Assembly (NCBI GenBank): GCA_964435105.1
Contig: CAYSYJ010000001.1
Coordinates: 1-40,083, forward strand
From: an uncultured Elusimicrobiaceae bacterium
GTDB taxonomy: Bacteria > Elusimicrobiota > Elusimicrobia > Elusimicrobiales > UBA9959
Direction of reading: 5' to 3'
Length of the DNA: 40,083 bases
Shown: positions 16,845 to 25,745 of the stretch, one piece after another
Layout of the letters: every line of letters starts with the position of its first letter
Numbering within the stretch: position 1 is the first letter of the stretch
Made by a program: the position numbers and the translations under genes
The notes under the pieces: generated by a model
What the model saw: the letters and a program-made list of their open reading frames with translations, nothing else
Databases searched by the model: none
Told to the model about the DNA's origin: nothing

Positions 16845-19100
16845 TTAGCGCTGCGCGGCGTAGCTCGCGGCGCAGGCCCCGGGCGTGTCGAAGGCGCGGT
16901 TTTTCAGCCCGTCGGGCAGCGGCAGCCCCTCGAGGCCGCCGGGAGGAGCTTCCAGGCAATCTATCTCGTCCGCCGTGAAATACTTGAGCAGTTTTCCTTC
17001 CAAGTAGCAGCTGTCGCAGCCCGTTATCGCGTTCCATCCCGCGCGGCCGGCCGGCGGGGCCGCGCCCTTGTTGCGCAGGTTGCGTACATAGGCCAACGCC
17101 AGGTAGGCGGAGTAATCCGCCGGCGCTATTATGGTGTCGCCCCACTTCCGGACGGCAAGGTCCATGTCGCCGCCGGCATCCGCCACGGACCTGTAGCCGG
17201 AGGCGGGCGTGCCGTAGGAGCGCGCGGCCCAGGCGCGGCTGGAAATGAACAGCTGGTAATCCCCGTAAGCTTCGGCGCGGTTATTGTTGCCTATCCCGGA
17301 GAAAAGATAATCATAGGCGCCGTACAGGAGATCTTCTTCCTGGGGGGTGTTCGAAGAAGTGGAAAGTTTTATCCCGCTCAGGGCTTCCAGCTCCTTCGGC
17401 GCCAGGGCCATGCCGGCATCCAGCACGCGCTTGAGGCGTCTCTTGCCCAGGCGCATTATCACCGGCGGGGGTATGGCTTCCAGCTCCAGTAACAGGCGGG
17501 TTTCTTCGTCTGAAAGCCCGCCGGCGGCCCGCCTGTGCGAGGCCATGTTGTCAGAGGAAAGTTCTCCCACGCCGCGCCCGAGGCGCTCTTCGGCGGGATG
17601 CAGCCAGGTCCCGCGGCCGTCCTTAAGGTGACCCAACAGCAGTGCCGCGTAGGCGCGCGTGCCGGCCAGCTTGGCGGCCAGCCGCTGGTCGGCAAGGGAG
17701 ATGGCGGACACGGCTTTAAGGCCGCGCGGGTAATCCGTCACCAGGTAAGCCGTGGCCAGGGCCAGTTTCCGCGGTGAGCCGGAGTTGTGTCCGGCGACGG
17801 CGGCGGCCAGGCCGAAGCCCTCCACGTCTATGGTGGCGGCCTCGGCGGGCAGGGCCCGCAGGTAGGCCGCCGTTTCGGCGAGCGGGCTGGCGACGGCCTG
17901 GTGGCAGCCGGAGGAGCCGGGTGGCGCCAGCGGGTTGGGGATGAGCAGCTTCTCGCCGGAATCGCCGATATAGCAGTAGGGATAGGCGAAGGTGTACGGG
18001 GTGTGGTAGGCGAGGCTGCCGGCCGAGCCCGCGAAATAGAGTTCGTCGAACGAAACCCCTGACTTGAGCAGGGCGCTTACGGTGGCCCCGAGTATGTCCC
18101 CGTACCAGCTGTCTTCCGCCGCCACCGCCACATAGGTGGAGGTGCCTATCTCGGCCGAGAAGGCCTTGAAGCCTTTCCCGGACTTCTCTTTCTTTATATA
18201 AGGCGCGAACTCCTCGCGCAGTTCGCGGTAGTAGCCGAGCAGGAGGCCCCGGAAAGAGCGGGGCAGGCCGGACTCGAACGCGGCCAGCACGCCGGGGCAG
18301 GGCTTGGCGGGCGCGGGCCGCGCGTCCACCAGCACTTCGGGCTCAAGGCCGCGCTCCGCCAGCAGCAGGCCGTATACCCGCAGCACGTGAGCGAACCAGG
18401 AGGCGCCCGCGAAATCGCACAGGACCAGCGCGGGCTTTTTCCCGCCGGTGAGGTAGGCCTGGAAGCCGTAGGTGGAGCCGGGAACGCGCAGGGACCTGAC
18501 CTTGCCCTGCTCCGCGCCGGCCAGGGCCAGGGCGTCGGCGGCGGGCCCCCGGGAGAAGATGACGCGCGCCGGGGCGCTGCCGGGGCGCAGAAGCGCGCCC
18601 AGCGGGCCGGCCTGGGCGGCTACGTAGGAGGCGACGTCGTGCATGGGAAGCGTTTCGCCCGGCAGGGAGCGCACTTCGGGGGGAAAGCCGGCCGCCGCCG
18701 GGGGCGGGTCCGGCAGGCGGCCGGCGTTGGCCGGTTCCGCCAGGCGCTCGCCGGAAACGTAGAAATACGCGCCGGTATCCTTTACGGCGGAATCGAACGC
18801 CTGCCGGGCGCCGCCTTTAAGCCCGGCGCAGGAGGCGGCCTGCGAGCTTATCCGGCGCAGCAGGTCGTCCAGCCGGGGATTGCTCCCGGTTTTTTTAAGC
18901 GCTTTTTTCTCCGCCTCGGAGAAACAGTCGCGGGGGACCGCCGGCTCCCCGCCGGAATAGCGAGAGAGGTAGTACGATATGCTGCGCGAATAAGCCGCGG
19001 CCACGCCGGCAGCCACCCCCGGCGGCAGTCCGGCTTCCGAGGCGTGCGGGAGGGCGGGGAAAAGTAAAAGGACCGCGGCGGCTCGCAGGAGGCTTTTCAT
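16845..19100 (-). CDS. large secreted hypothetical protein (751 aa), function unknown
   Basis: Signal peptide is MKSLLRAAAVLLLFPALPHASEA. The central part weakly resembles a nucleoside phosphorylase/nucleosidase fold, with FAGSAGSL, IDVEGFGLAAAV and AYLVTDYP in the expected order. The C-terminal domain is not recognised. Confidence 0.7.
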   Translation of the reverse strand: MKSLLRAAAVLLLFPALPHASEAGLPPGVAAGVAAAYSRSISYYLSRYSGGEPAVPRDCFSEAEKKALKKTGSNPRLDDLLRRISSQAASCAGLKGGARQAFDSAVKDTGAYFYVSGERLAEPANAGRLPDPPPAAAGFPPEVRSLPGETLPMHDVASYVAAQAGPLGALLRPGSAPARVIFSRGPAADALALAGAEQGKVRSLRVPGSTYGFQAYLTGGKKPALVLCDFAGASWFAHVLRVYGLLLAERGLEPEVLVDARPAPAKPCPGVLAAFESGLPRSFRGLLLGYYRELREEFAPYIKKEKSGKGFKAFSAEIGTSTYVAVAAEDSWYGDILGATVSALLKSGVSFDELYFAGSAGSLAYHTPYTFAYPYCYIGDSGEKLLIPNPLAPPGSSGCHQAVASPLAETAAYLRALPAEAATIDVEGFGLAAAVAGHNSGSPRKLALATAYLVTDYPRGLKAVSAISLADQRLAAKLAGTRAYAALLLGHLKDGRGTWLHPAEERLGRGVGELSSDNMASHRRAAGGLSDEETRLLLELEAIPPPVIMRLGKRRLKRVLDAGMALAPKELEALSGIKLSTSSNTPQEEDLLYGAYDYLFSGIGNNNRAEAYGDYQLFISSRAWAARSYGTPASGYRSVADAGGDMDLAVRKWGDTIIAPADYSAYLALAYVRNLRNKGAAPPAGRAGWNAITGCDSCYLEGKLLKYFTADEIDCLEAPPGGLEGLPLPDGLKNRAFDTPGACAASYAAQR

Positions 19101-19179
19101 CGTTATCGGGCTCCGGTCGTCGGCGGTAAAATGCCGGCGTTCGGCCTGATCCTATATTATAGACAAAACCCGGGGGAAT

Positions 19180-19254
19180 GGGGTCAGGTCTTTACTTTTG
19201 ACCTTTTACCCCTCGTAGCATATCTCGAAAGGTCAAAAGTAAAGACCTGACCCC
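19180..19254. repeat. long perfect hairpin E (copy of D)
   Basis: Identical to hairpin D except for one loop base (C to T). It is part of the 19171-19344 duplicated module. Confidence 0.9.
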
Positions 19255-19267
19255 TTAAAATAAAAGA

Positions 19268-19303
19268 AACCGGCCGGGGAGCGATCCCCGGCCGGTTCTT
19301 TTT
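19268..19303. terminator. intrinsic terminator (copy of 16724-16759)
   Basis: Same AACCGGCCGGGGA-gcga-TCCCCGGCCGGTT stem with T-runs. It lies downstream of the minus-strand membrane protein gene. Confidence 0.8.
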
Positions 19304-19322
19304 CGCCCCTGGAAGGAGGGGC

Positions 19323-20819
19323 TTAGGCCCTTTCCTTGGCGGCCTCGGCGGCCTTGCCGCCGGCGGGCGCCTCGCAGGCGACTTCGCTGTCCTTCTCGGG
19401 CTCCACTTCGTGGGCCTTCGCCAGCTCGCAGGCGCGCTTCTTCTCGGAGCGGCCTATGAAGTAGATGGCCACGAACATCAGCACCAGGCCTATCCAGTCC
19501 TCGGTCTTGGGCATCTTCTGCCCGGGGATGAACCAGAACACGAACAGGGTGGCCACGGTGCCCGCGATGAGCGAGGTCAGGCGGTTCACCAGGCCGGCGA
19601 AGGTCGCAGTGCGTCCCTTGAACATGAACAGGAACACGGAGAAGAAGGCCGCGATACCGAAGGGCAGGCCGGAGAACATCACCAGCTTCCAGCGGTCGGG
19701 GGCGTGCTTGAAGGCGTTGGAGAACTGGAAGGCGAAGGAGCGGGTCACGTCCTTCACCGGCTTCTCCAGGGCCAGTTGGGCGGCCGCCAGGTCCTCGGCC
19801 TTGGCCTTCCTGGCGGCGAGCAGGGCCGCGGCGGAGGCGAGGGCCTCCTCGGTCTCGGCGCGCTGCTCCGGGGTGAACTTGGAGGTGTCCGAGGCCAGCA
19901 GGTCCTGGGCCTTCTGCATGGCGGCGGAGAGGGCCTGCTTCTCGGCCGGGGCGGCGGCCGCCGCGGCCACGGGCTCGGCGGCGGGCGCGAAGGGCAGCTC
20001 GGCCGGCTTATTGACCACATTGAAGAAGATGAAGCCCGCCAGGACCAGGGTCGTGAACGAGGTCACCTGCTCGATGGCGAAGAAGCCCTTGGTGTCGTAG
20101 ACGGCGCCCTTGGGCCGGGTGTTCTTGTAGTAGTTCATGATGTAGATGCGGATGGTGTAGGCGATGAGGTAGAAGGTAAGGATGGTCATCGCGGCCGCAT
20201 TGCCGATGAAGTCGAAGTTGGCCTTGTCTATCACGAACAGAGCCGAGAAGAAGGCCCCGGCGCCGGAGGCCTGCGCGGCGGCGGCCGCGCCCTTGAAGTT
20301 GAGCATCTGCAGGGCCACGGCGGCGAGCGCTATGACCACGGCGACGTTCTCCTCCCAGTAGACCTTCTTGGTCAGGATGCCCTGGCGGATCTGCACCTCG
20401 TCGATGGCGCGGCTGATGACGATGATGCTCGCCCGCATGATGATCATGGCGACCATCACCGAGATGGGCAGGGTGTACATCAGCGTGGTGGTGGGGATCA
20501 CCACCGCGGTGCAGATGCCCGAGGGGATTATATAGAGGAACTCTTTCGGCATGCTGACGCCGAGGATCTTGGTGTAGTTGGTGGACTGGAACTTGTACCA
20601 GCGCAGCAGCAGCACGATGCCGGTGGGGATGAGCATGCTGCCCATCGTGTTGAAGACGGTATAGGTGGTGCCGCCGATGCCGATGACCTTGTCGAAGTAC
20701 TTGGCCAGGAAGCCGGTGAGTACGTACAGGGAGAAGTAGCCGAAGGAGAGCTGCAGCAGCCGCTCCGTGGTGCCTTCATGGGTCTTGCTGGTGAAGACCG
20801 TTACCAGTGTCTTGATCAT
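19323..20819 (-). CDS. polytopic membrane protein with an Ala-rich soluble insertion, function unknown
   Basis: 498 aa with SD AGAGGA upstream. There are about 10 hydrophobic segments. They are interrupted by PAAEPVAAAAAAPAEKQALSAAMQKAQDLL...AARKAKAEDLAAAQLALEK. Confidence 0.7.
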   Translation of the reverse strand: MIKTLVTVFTSKTHEGTTERLLQLSFGYFSLYVLTGFLAKYFDKVIGIGGTTYTVFNTMGSMLIPTGIVLLLRWYKFQSTNYTKILGVSMPKEFLYIIPSGICTAVVIPTTTLMYTLPISVMVAMIIMRASIIVISRAIDEVQIRQGILTKKVYWEENVAVVIALAAVALQMLNFKGAAAAAQASGAGAFFSALFVIDKANFDFIGNAAAMTILTFYLIAYTIRIYIMNYYKNTRPKGAVYDTKGFFAIEQVTSFTTLVLAGFIFFNVVNKPAELPFAPAAEPVAAAAAAPAEKQALSAAMQKAQDLLASDTSKFTPEQRAETEEALASAAALLAARKAKAEDLAAAQLALEKPVKDVTRSFAFQFSNAFKHAPDRWKLVMFSGLPFGIAAFFSVFLFMFKGRTATFAGLVNRLTSLIAGTVATLFVFWFIPGQKMPKTEDWIGLVLMFVAIYFIGRSEKKRACELAKAHEVEPEKDSEVACEAPAGGKAAEAAKERA

Positions 20820-20921
20820 TTTTTCCTCTTTAACTAAAAATGCCGCCGGGGCGGCTATTAAAATATCTTATAAATTTGCCGGAGCCGCCGCAATGAGGGC
20901 CCCGGCCGGGGCGCGCGGGGG

Positions 20922-21338
20922 TCAGGGTTTCTTGGCGCGCTTGCGGGACAGTTCCGCGGCCTTGCGGATCTTGGCGGCCAGGGCGTCCAGGTCGAAGGGC
21001 TTCACCATGTAGTCCATGGCGCCGAAAAGCAGGGCGTCGTTCAGGGTGGCGGCGTCGTTGAGGCCGCTGACGGCGATGATCGGGATATGGGCCGCGGCGT
21101 CGCGGCCGCGGATGTCGCCCATCAGGCTGATGCCGTCCACGCCGGGCATCATGATGTCCATCAGGATCACGTCCGGCACCTCGCCGGGCTTGGCCGCGGC
21201 GAAGAACTCCTTGGCCTTCTTCGGCTCGGAGAAGGTGCGCACCTCGAAGCCCGCCGAGGCCAGGCCGGTCTCGTAGATCTCGAGGATGGTCTCGTCGTCG
21301 TCGACGGCGACTACTTTGATCCTGGATTCTTCCGTCAT
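20922..21338 (-). CDS. stand-alone response-regulator receiver (CheY-like)
   Basis: 138 aa. Receiver motifs are VAVDDDE, phospho-acceptor VILMDIMMPGVDG, AVSG and YMVKPF. There is no output domain. Confidence 0.9.
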   Translation of the reverse strand: MTEESRIKVVAVDDDETILEIYETGLASAGFEVRTFSEPKKAKEFFAAAKPGEVPDVILMDIMMPGVDGISLMGDIRGRDAAAHIPIIAVSGLNDAATLNDALLFGAMDYMVKPFDLDALAAKIRKAAELSRKRAKKP

Positions 21339-21368
21339 AGGGTTATTCTAACAAAAAAAGCCCGGCTT

Positions 21369-22181
21369 TCAGCGCCGGCCGCGCTTGGCGGGGGCCGGGG
21401 CGGCGGCGGGTTTTTTCCCCGCGGCGGCCGCGGCGCGGGCCGCCGTCACCACCTCGCAGCGGAAGGTCCCGCGGGTGCTGGGCAGGTAGAACTGGGTCAT
21501 CAGGCCCTGCAGGCGCTTCGAGGTGACGAACTCCTGCAGCACCTTCAGGTCTTCGGCCTTCTCCAGCGGGACCAGGCGGTGGGGCTCCTTGATGGCCGCC
21601 ATCAGCGGCTTGACCTTGTTGATCACGGCCGTTTCCACGTTCTTTACCTCGCCGTCCACGGCGGTCTTGGAGCGGAACAGTTCCAGTTCCTCGCCCTCCA
21701 CCGGCACGGCCCGCAGGAAGCCGGCCATGGCCTTCTCCTCCGGCAGCGCGGTCACGGCCTTGCGCACCTCGCCGAAGGCGTAGGAGAAGGCCTCGCCGAA
21801 ATTGTTGAGCGGGGCTTCCACGCGCTTGAGCTCCCCGCTGATATAGGCGGAGAGTTCCAGCATGTCGCCGCGGTAGAAGACCATCTTGCTCTCTTTCACG
21901 TTCTGGGAATTGACGATCTCGGAATTGTCTATCTCGCGGAAGAAATCCTTTACGACCTGCGGCTTGATGGAGCCGCGGCGGGTCAGTACCGTCTTGGCGG
22001 TCTCTTCGCGCAGCACGGCCTTGCCGTCCTGGGCCACCTCCAGGTAGAACGCCTGCCCGGTCTTGATGGAGGAGACCGTCATCCAGGCGGCCTTGGCCTT
22101 GGCCCCCTGGTTGTAGGGGCGGAAGGCGGCCAGCAGCAGGACGCAGCCGGCCGCGGCGAGGAGGGGCAGCCTATTTCGCAC
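21369..22181 (-). CDS. hypothetical exported protein / lipoprotein
   Basis: 270 aa. The N-terminus MRNRLPLLAAAGCVLLLAAF looks like a signal or lipobox sequence. The C-terminal tail is basic and Ala/Pro-rich. Confidence 0.6.
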   Translation of the reverse strand: MRNRLPLLAAAGCVLLLAAFRPYNQGAKAKAAWMTVSSIKTGQAFYLEVAQDGKAVLREETAKTVLTRRGSIKPQVVKDFFREIDNSEIVNSQNVKESKMVFYRGDMLELSAYISGELKRVEAPLNNFGEAFSYAFGEVRKAVTALPEEKAMAGFLRAVPVEGEELELFRSKTAVDGEVKNVETAVINKVKPLMAAIKEPHRLVPLEKAEDLKVLQEFVTSKRLQGLMTQFYLPSTRGTFRCEVVTAARAAAAAGKKPAAAPAPAKRGRR

Positions 22182-22653
22182 CGGCGGCCTCCGGGGGCTT
22201 GGCCTGCGAGAAATGGGCGTCCGCGGAATAGGCCCCGCCGAACTTGAAAGCCACCCAGGCGAGCAGCATCAGGCCCAGGTTCTGCAGGAATTCCTGCGGC
22301 GGCGTGCCGCTGGCGGCGCCGAAGCAGCCGCAGGAGGCTATATCCAGCCCCCGGGCCATGGCCTGGCCGAGTATGACCTCGAAACCGAAGAGCATGGCCA
22401 GCGCGGCCAGGGACATCCAGCGCGTGAAGACCCCGGCCAGCAGCAGCACGCCGGCGTACAGTTCCACCCAGGGCAGCGCCTGGGCCGTCAGCATGCCCAG
22501 CTGCGGGCCTACGAGCTGGTAGGATTCTATGGCGAAAGCGAATTCCTCCGGGGGGGCCATCAGCTTGATCACTCCTGAATAGACGAAAACGGCGCCCACC
22601 GTGACCCGCGCCAGCAGCCCGCCCAGCTTCCTGCCCGTTTCCCTGTCCATCAT
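22171..22653 (-). CDS. MauE/DoxX-family membrane protein
   Basis: Start taken at MMDRETG (ATG 22653), which gives an ATGA overlap with the upstream dsbA-like stop. It has four hydrophobic helices and the CGCFG motif (DIASCGCFGAASG). Confidence 0.75.
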   Translation of the reverse strand: MMDRETGRKLGGLLARVTVGAVFVYSGVIKLMAPPEEFAFAIESYQLVGPQLGMLTAQALPWVELYAGVLLLAGVFTRWMSLAALAMLFGFEVILGQAMARGLDIASCGCFGAASGTPPQEFLQNLGLMLLAWVAFKFGGAYSADAHFSQAKPPEAAGAK

Positions 22654-23291
22654 TTCTTCGCCGCCTTCCTGAGGATATTGTCGAACTTCATGGCCTGGTC
22701 CAGCAGCTGGGCCGAGCCGACGGCGCGCTTGCCGTTTATGAAGAAGGTCGGGGTGGCGCTCACCCCGCGCAGGTCGCCCTCGGAGATCTCCAGCTGCAGG
22801 CGCCGCAGGGTCTTCTGGTCCTCGGAGCAGGCCTTCATGGCCGGCCAGTCCAGCTTCAGCTGCTTCGCGTAGGCCTCGAACTCCGGCGGGAGGTCGCGGG
22901 CGCGGCCCCATTTCTCCTGGCCCTCGAACAGCAGGGCGGCGTATTCCTTGAACTTGCCCTGCTCGCCGGCGCAATCCGCGAAGGCGGCCGCGTGCAGCGA
23001 CCAGGGGTGGATGTTAAGCAGCGGGTAATGCTTGAAGCTGACCCGCAGGTTCCCGTCGAAGACGCGCAGCATCTCCTCCACCTTGCCGGCCGCGTGGCGG
23101 CAGGCCGGGCAGGCGAAATCGGTGTACTCGTCTATCTGCACGGGCGCGTCGGCGGGGCCGAAGACCCTGAAGGCCGGCACCTCGCGCGAGGGGGCGGAGG
23201 TGAACTGGCGGGCCAGCAGCACCGCCATGGTGGAAACGAAGATGAGGGCCGCGGCCACGGCCAGCAGCCTGGGATTTTTCCTGTCCGTCAT
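22650..23291 (-). CDS. DsbA-family thiol:disulfide oxidoreductase (membrane anchored)
   Basis: 213 aa with an N-terminal TM anchor and a thioredoxin-fold CPAC active site (DFACPACRH). Confidence 0.85.
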   Translation of the reverse strand: MTDRKNPRLLAVAAALIFVSTMAVLLARQFTSAPSREVPAFRVFGPADAPVQIDEYTDFACPACRHAAGKVEEMLRVFDGNLRVSFKHYPLLNIHPWSLHAAAFADCAGEQGKFKEYAALLFEGQEKWGRARDLPPEFEAYAKQLKLDWPAMKACSEDQKTLRRLQLEISEGDLRGVSATPTFFINGKRAVGSAQLLDQAMKFDNILRKAAKK

Positions 23292-23298
23292 AGGGTGA

Positions 23299-23517
23299 TT
23301 ATATCACTTTAACTATCTTGGCCGGCGAGGTCGCGCCCTTGATGAGCATGATCCTTTTGGCGTCCACGTCCAGCTGCAGGGAGAGCAGCCGGATAGCCGA
23401 GGCGTTGGCCAGGCCCCGCTCGGGCGGGGCCTTGGTCCAGACCTCGTAGGCGTCGGGCGCCTTTTTCAGGATCTTGTCGCGGCGCTCGCCCGGGTGCACC
23501 TTCAGCTTAATGAACAA
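23299..23517 (-). CDS. DUF167/YggU-family small protein
   Basis: 72 aa. KVHPGERRDKI...AKRIMLIKGATSPAKIVKV matches the UPF0235 pattern (V.P.A....I....G..SR.K.v.v). Confidence 0.7.
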   Translation of the reverse strand: MFIKLKVHPGERRDKILKKAPDAYEVWTKAPPERGLANASAIRLLSLQLDVDAKRIMLIKGATSPAKIVKVI

Positions 23518-25072
23518 GCAGCGACTCCGAGGTCATGTCGGCCGGCTTGGGCAGGCCCAGCACCTCCAGCACGGTCGGCGCTATGTCGGAGAGGATGCCG
23601 TGCGGGCGCAGCTTCACGCCGTCGGCCTTCTCCGCCACGTAGATGAATTCCACCGGGTTGGTGGTGTGGGAGGTCTTGGCCATGTCGATCTTGTAATCCC
23701 ACATCTCCTCGGCGTTGCCGTGGTCGGAGCTGATCAGAACGGTGTAGCCCTGCTTCAGGGCGGCGGAGACCAGCTGGCCCACGGCCTCGTCGGTGATCTG
23801 CACGGCCTTGACCGCGGACTCGTAGATGCCGGTATGGCCCACCATGTCGCAGTTGGCGAAGTTGACGAGGATGAAATCGTACTTGCCGGCGGCGATCTCG
23901 GCCAGGGCGCGCTCGCGCACGCGCGGGGCGTCCATCTCCGGGTGCTCGCCGAAGGTGGCCGGGTCCCAGCTGCCCTTGATCTCCACCTGGTCCTCGCCCG
24001 CGTAGGGCGCGGTGCGCTTGCCGTTGAAGAAGGAGGTCACGTGCTTGAACTTCTGGGTCTCGGCGAGGCGCAGCTGCCTGAGGCCCGCTTCGGAGATCAC
24101 CTGGCCCAGCAGCTTGTCCATGCCGCCGCCCTCGTCCATGGGCGGCAGGGCGCTGAACTTGAAGGCGTCGTAATAGCGGGTCAGGCCGCAGTAAACGATG
24201 TCGAGCTTCTTCCAGCGCTGGCCGGGGTATTCGTCCTCGACGAAGCACTTGGTCAGCTGTATGGCGCGGTCCTGCCGGAAGTTGAAGTGGATGACCGAAT
24301 CCCCGTCCTTGACTCCGGGATAATCCCCGATGACCGTGGGGGGGATGTACTCGTCCACTATCGGCTGGCCATTGGGGTTCTTGAGGGTCTCGTAGGCGGC
24401 GTTCAGCGCGGCCTCGGCGGAAGCGGCCTTAGCCCCTTCGGCCCTGGTGATGGTGTTGTAGGTCTGGTCCACCAGGCTCCATTTCTCGCCGCGGTCCATG
24501 GCATAGTAGCGGCCCATGATGGTGCCGATGGCGGCGTTGCCGCATTCCTTCACCACTTCCTCGAGCATGCGCACATAGGCCACGGCGGAGCGGGGCGGGG
24601 TGTCGCGCCCGTCGGAGAAGAAATGCACCCAGACTTTCTTTATGCCGCGCTTTTTGGCCTCGCGCATGATGGCGTAGAGGTGGTCCTGGTGGGCGTGCAC
24701 ACCCTCGTCCTGCACCAGGCCCATCAGGTGCAGCGCGGAGCCTTTGTTCACGCAGTTGTCGAGCGCCGTGGCCAGCGCCTTGGTGCCGAAGAAGGTGCCG
24801 TCCTCGATCATGTCCTTGATGCGCTTGAGTTCCTGTATCACTATGCGGCCGGCGCCTATGTTCAGGTGGCCGACCTCGGAGGAGCCCTGGTAGCCCTTGG
24901 GCAGGCCCACGGCCTCGCCGGCGGGCTCGAGCACGGAATTGGGGTACTGCTTGAGCAGGCGGGTCATCACCGGGGTCTTCGCGTTGCGCACGGCGTTGAA
25001 CTTATCGGGCTTGTACATGCCCCAGCCGTCGCGGATTATCAGGAGAACCTTGTTCTTGGCCATAATGGACAC
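23507..25072 (-). CDS. gpmI: 2,3-bisphosphoglycerate-independent phosphoglycerate mutase
   Basis: 521 aa. It has the N-terminal LLIIRDGWG block, the SSEVGHLNIGAGR phosphoserine block and the metal-site SSDHGNAEEM. Confidence 0.93.
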   Translation of the reverse strand: MSIMAKNKVLLIIRDGWGMYKPDKFNAVRNAKTPVMTRLLKQYPNSVLEPAGEAVGLPKGYQGSSEVGHLNIGAGRIVIQELKRIKDMIEDGTFFGTKALATALDNCVNKGSALHLMGLVQDEGVHAHQDHLYAIMREAKKRGIKKVWVHFFSDGRDTPPRSAVAYVRMLEEVVKECGNAAIGTIMGRYYAMDRGEKWSLVDQTYNTITRAEGAKAASAEAALNAAYETLKNPNGQPIVDEYIPPTVIGDYPGVKDGDSVIHFNFRQDRAIQLTKCFVEDEYPGQRWKKLDIVYCGLTRYYDAFKFSALPPMDEGGGMDKLLGQVISEAGLRQLRLAETQKFKHVTSFFNGKRTAPYAGEDQVEIKGSWDPATFGEHPEMDAPRVRERALAEIAAGKYDFILVNFANCDMVGHTGIYESAVKAVQITDEAVGQLVSAALKQGYTVLISSDHGNAEEMWDYKIDMAKTSHTTNPVEFIYVAEKADGVKLRPHGILSDIAPTVLEVLGLPKPADMTSESLLVH

Positions 25073-25177
25073 CTCGGAAAGCTGACTATGGGTATATTTT
25101 AGGAAATTTGGAGTGAACTTTCCGGGCCTGCCGGAGCACTAATGGTTGGACGGTTGAATTTACCCTTAGGAGGATGT

Positions 25178-25660
25178 ATGAACGACTTAAAGAAACTGCT
25201 CGCCGCGGCCGTACTGGTCCTGGGCGCCGGCTACGCCTGCGCGGCGGAGCTGGCCGTGCCGCCCGGCTACCGGGCTTCGGTGGTCCCCGTGTCGCAGGCC
25301 GACCTGGCCTTTATAAAGCCCGGCAGCAGGCTGGACGTGACGGTGACCTTCAGCGCCCTGCTCAAAGACGAGCGCAAGGAGCTGGTGACGGCCACCATCC
25401 TGCAGAACGTGCTGGTGCTCGACACGCTGGACAAGGGCGGGGTGCGCGCCCTGGTGCTGGCGCTTAACCCTAACGAGGCCCAGTACATGAACCTCTCCAT
25501 GTCGGAGGGCTACCGGATAAACTTCGCCATCCGCGGCAAGGGCGATACCGAGATGCACCCCATGGAGATAGCCTCTTTCCGCCGGCTCATACGCGGCGGT
25601 TCGGAAGAGAAGGCCGAGGAGAAAAAAGAGGAAAAGAAGGAGCCCGCCAAGGCGCCCTGA
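25178..25660 (+). CDS. small exported RcpC/CpaB-like domain protein
   Basis: Start taken at ATG 25178 because of SD AGGAGGA at 25168-25174. It has a signal peptide. The block ASVVPVSQADLAFIKPGSRLDVTVTF...ATILQNVLVLD...ALVLALNPNEAQ resembles the CpaB beta-clip/RcpC region. The C-terminal tail is KE-rich. Confidence 0.6.
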   Translation: MNDLKKLLAAAVLVLGAGYACAAELAVPPGYRASVVPVSQADLAFIKPGSRLDVTVTFSALLKDERKELVTATILQNVLVLDTLDKGGVRALVLALNPNEAQYMNLSMSEGYRINFAIRGKGDTEMHPMEIASFRRLIRGGSEEKAEEKKEEKKEPAKAP

Positions 25661-25745
25661 GTCCGCGAAGTCCAAAGTGAGCGGCGCTGCGCGCGGCCGC
25701 CGGGTCCCGAAGCGGTGGCCTGGCGGCCGCGGTTCCTTTCGCCCC

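Noticed and set aside
15169-19303. Integron-like cassette array with attC sites.
   Set aside because: There is no intI gene or attI in the window. The stems are perfect, with no extrahelical bases, and I could not find the R''/R' core (RYYYAAC/GTTRRRY). One bracketed gene is on the opposite strand and has its own terminator. I kept it only as an analogy in the findings.
22654-22974. N-terminal 107-aa extension of the MauE/DoxX ORF (22171..22974).
   Set aside because: The extension lies entirely inside the dsbA-like gene in another frame and is Arg/Pro/Gly-rich. The ATG pair at 22653/22650 gives an ATGA-coupled start just before the first TM helix.
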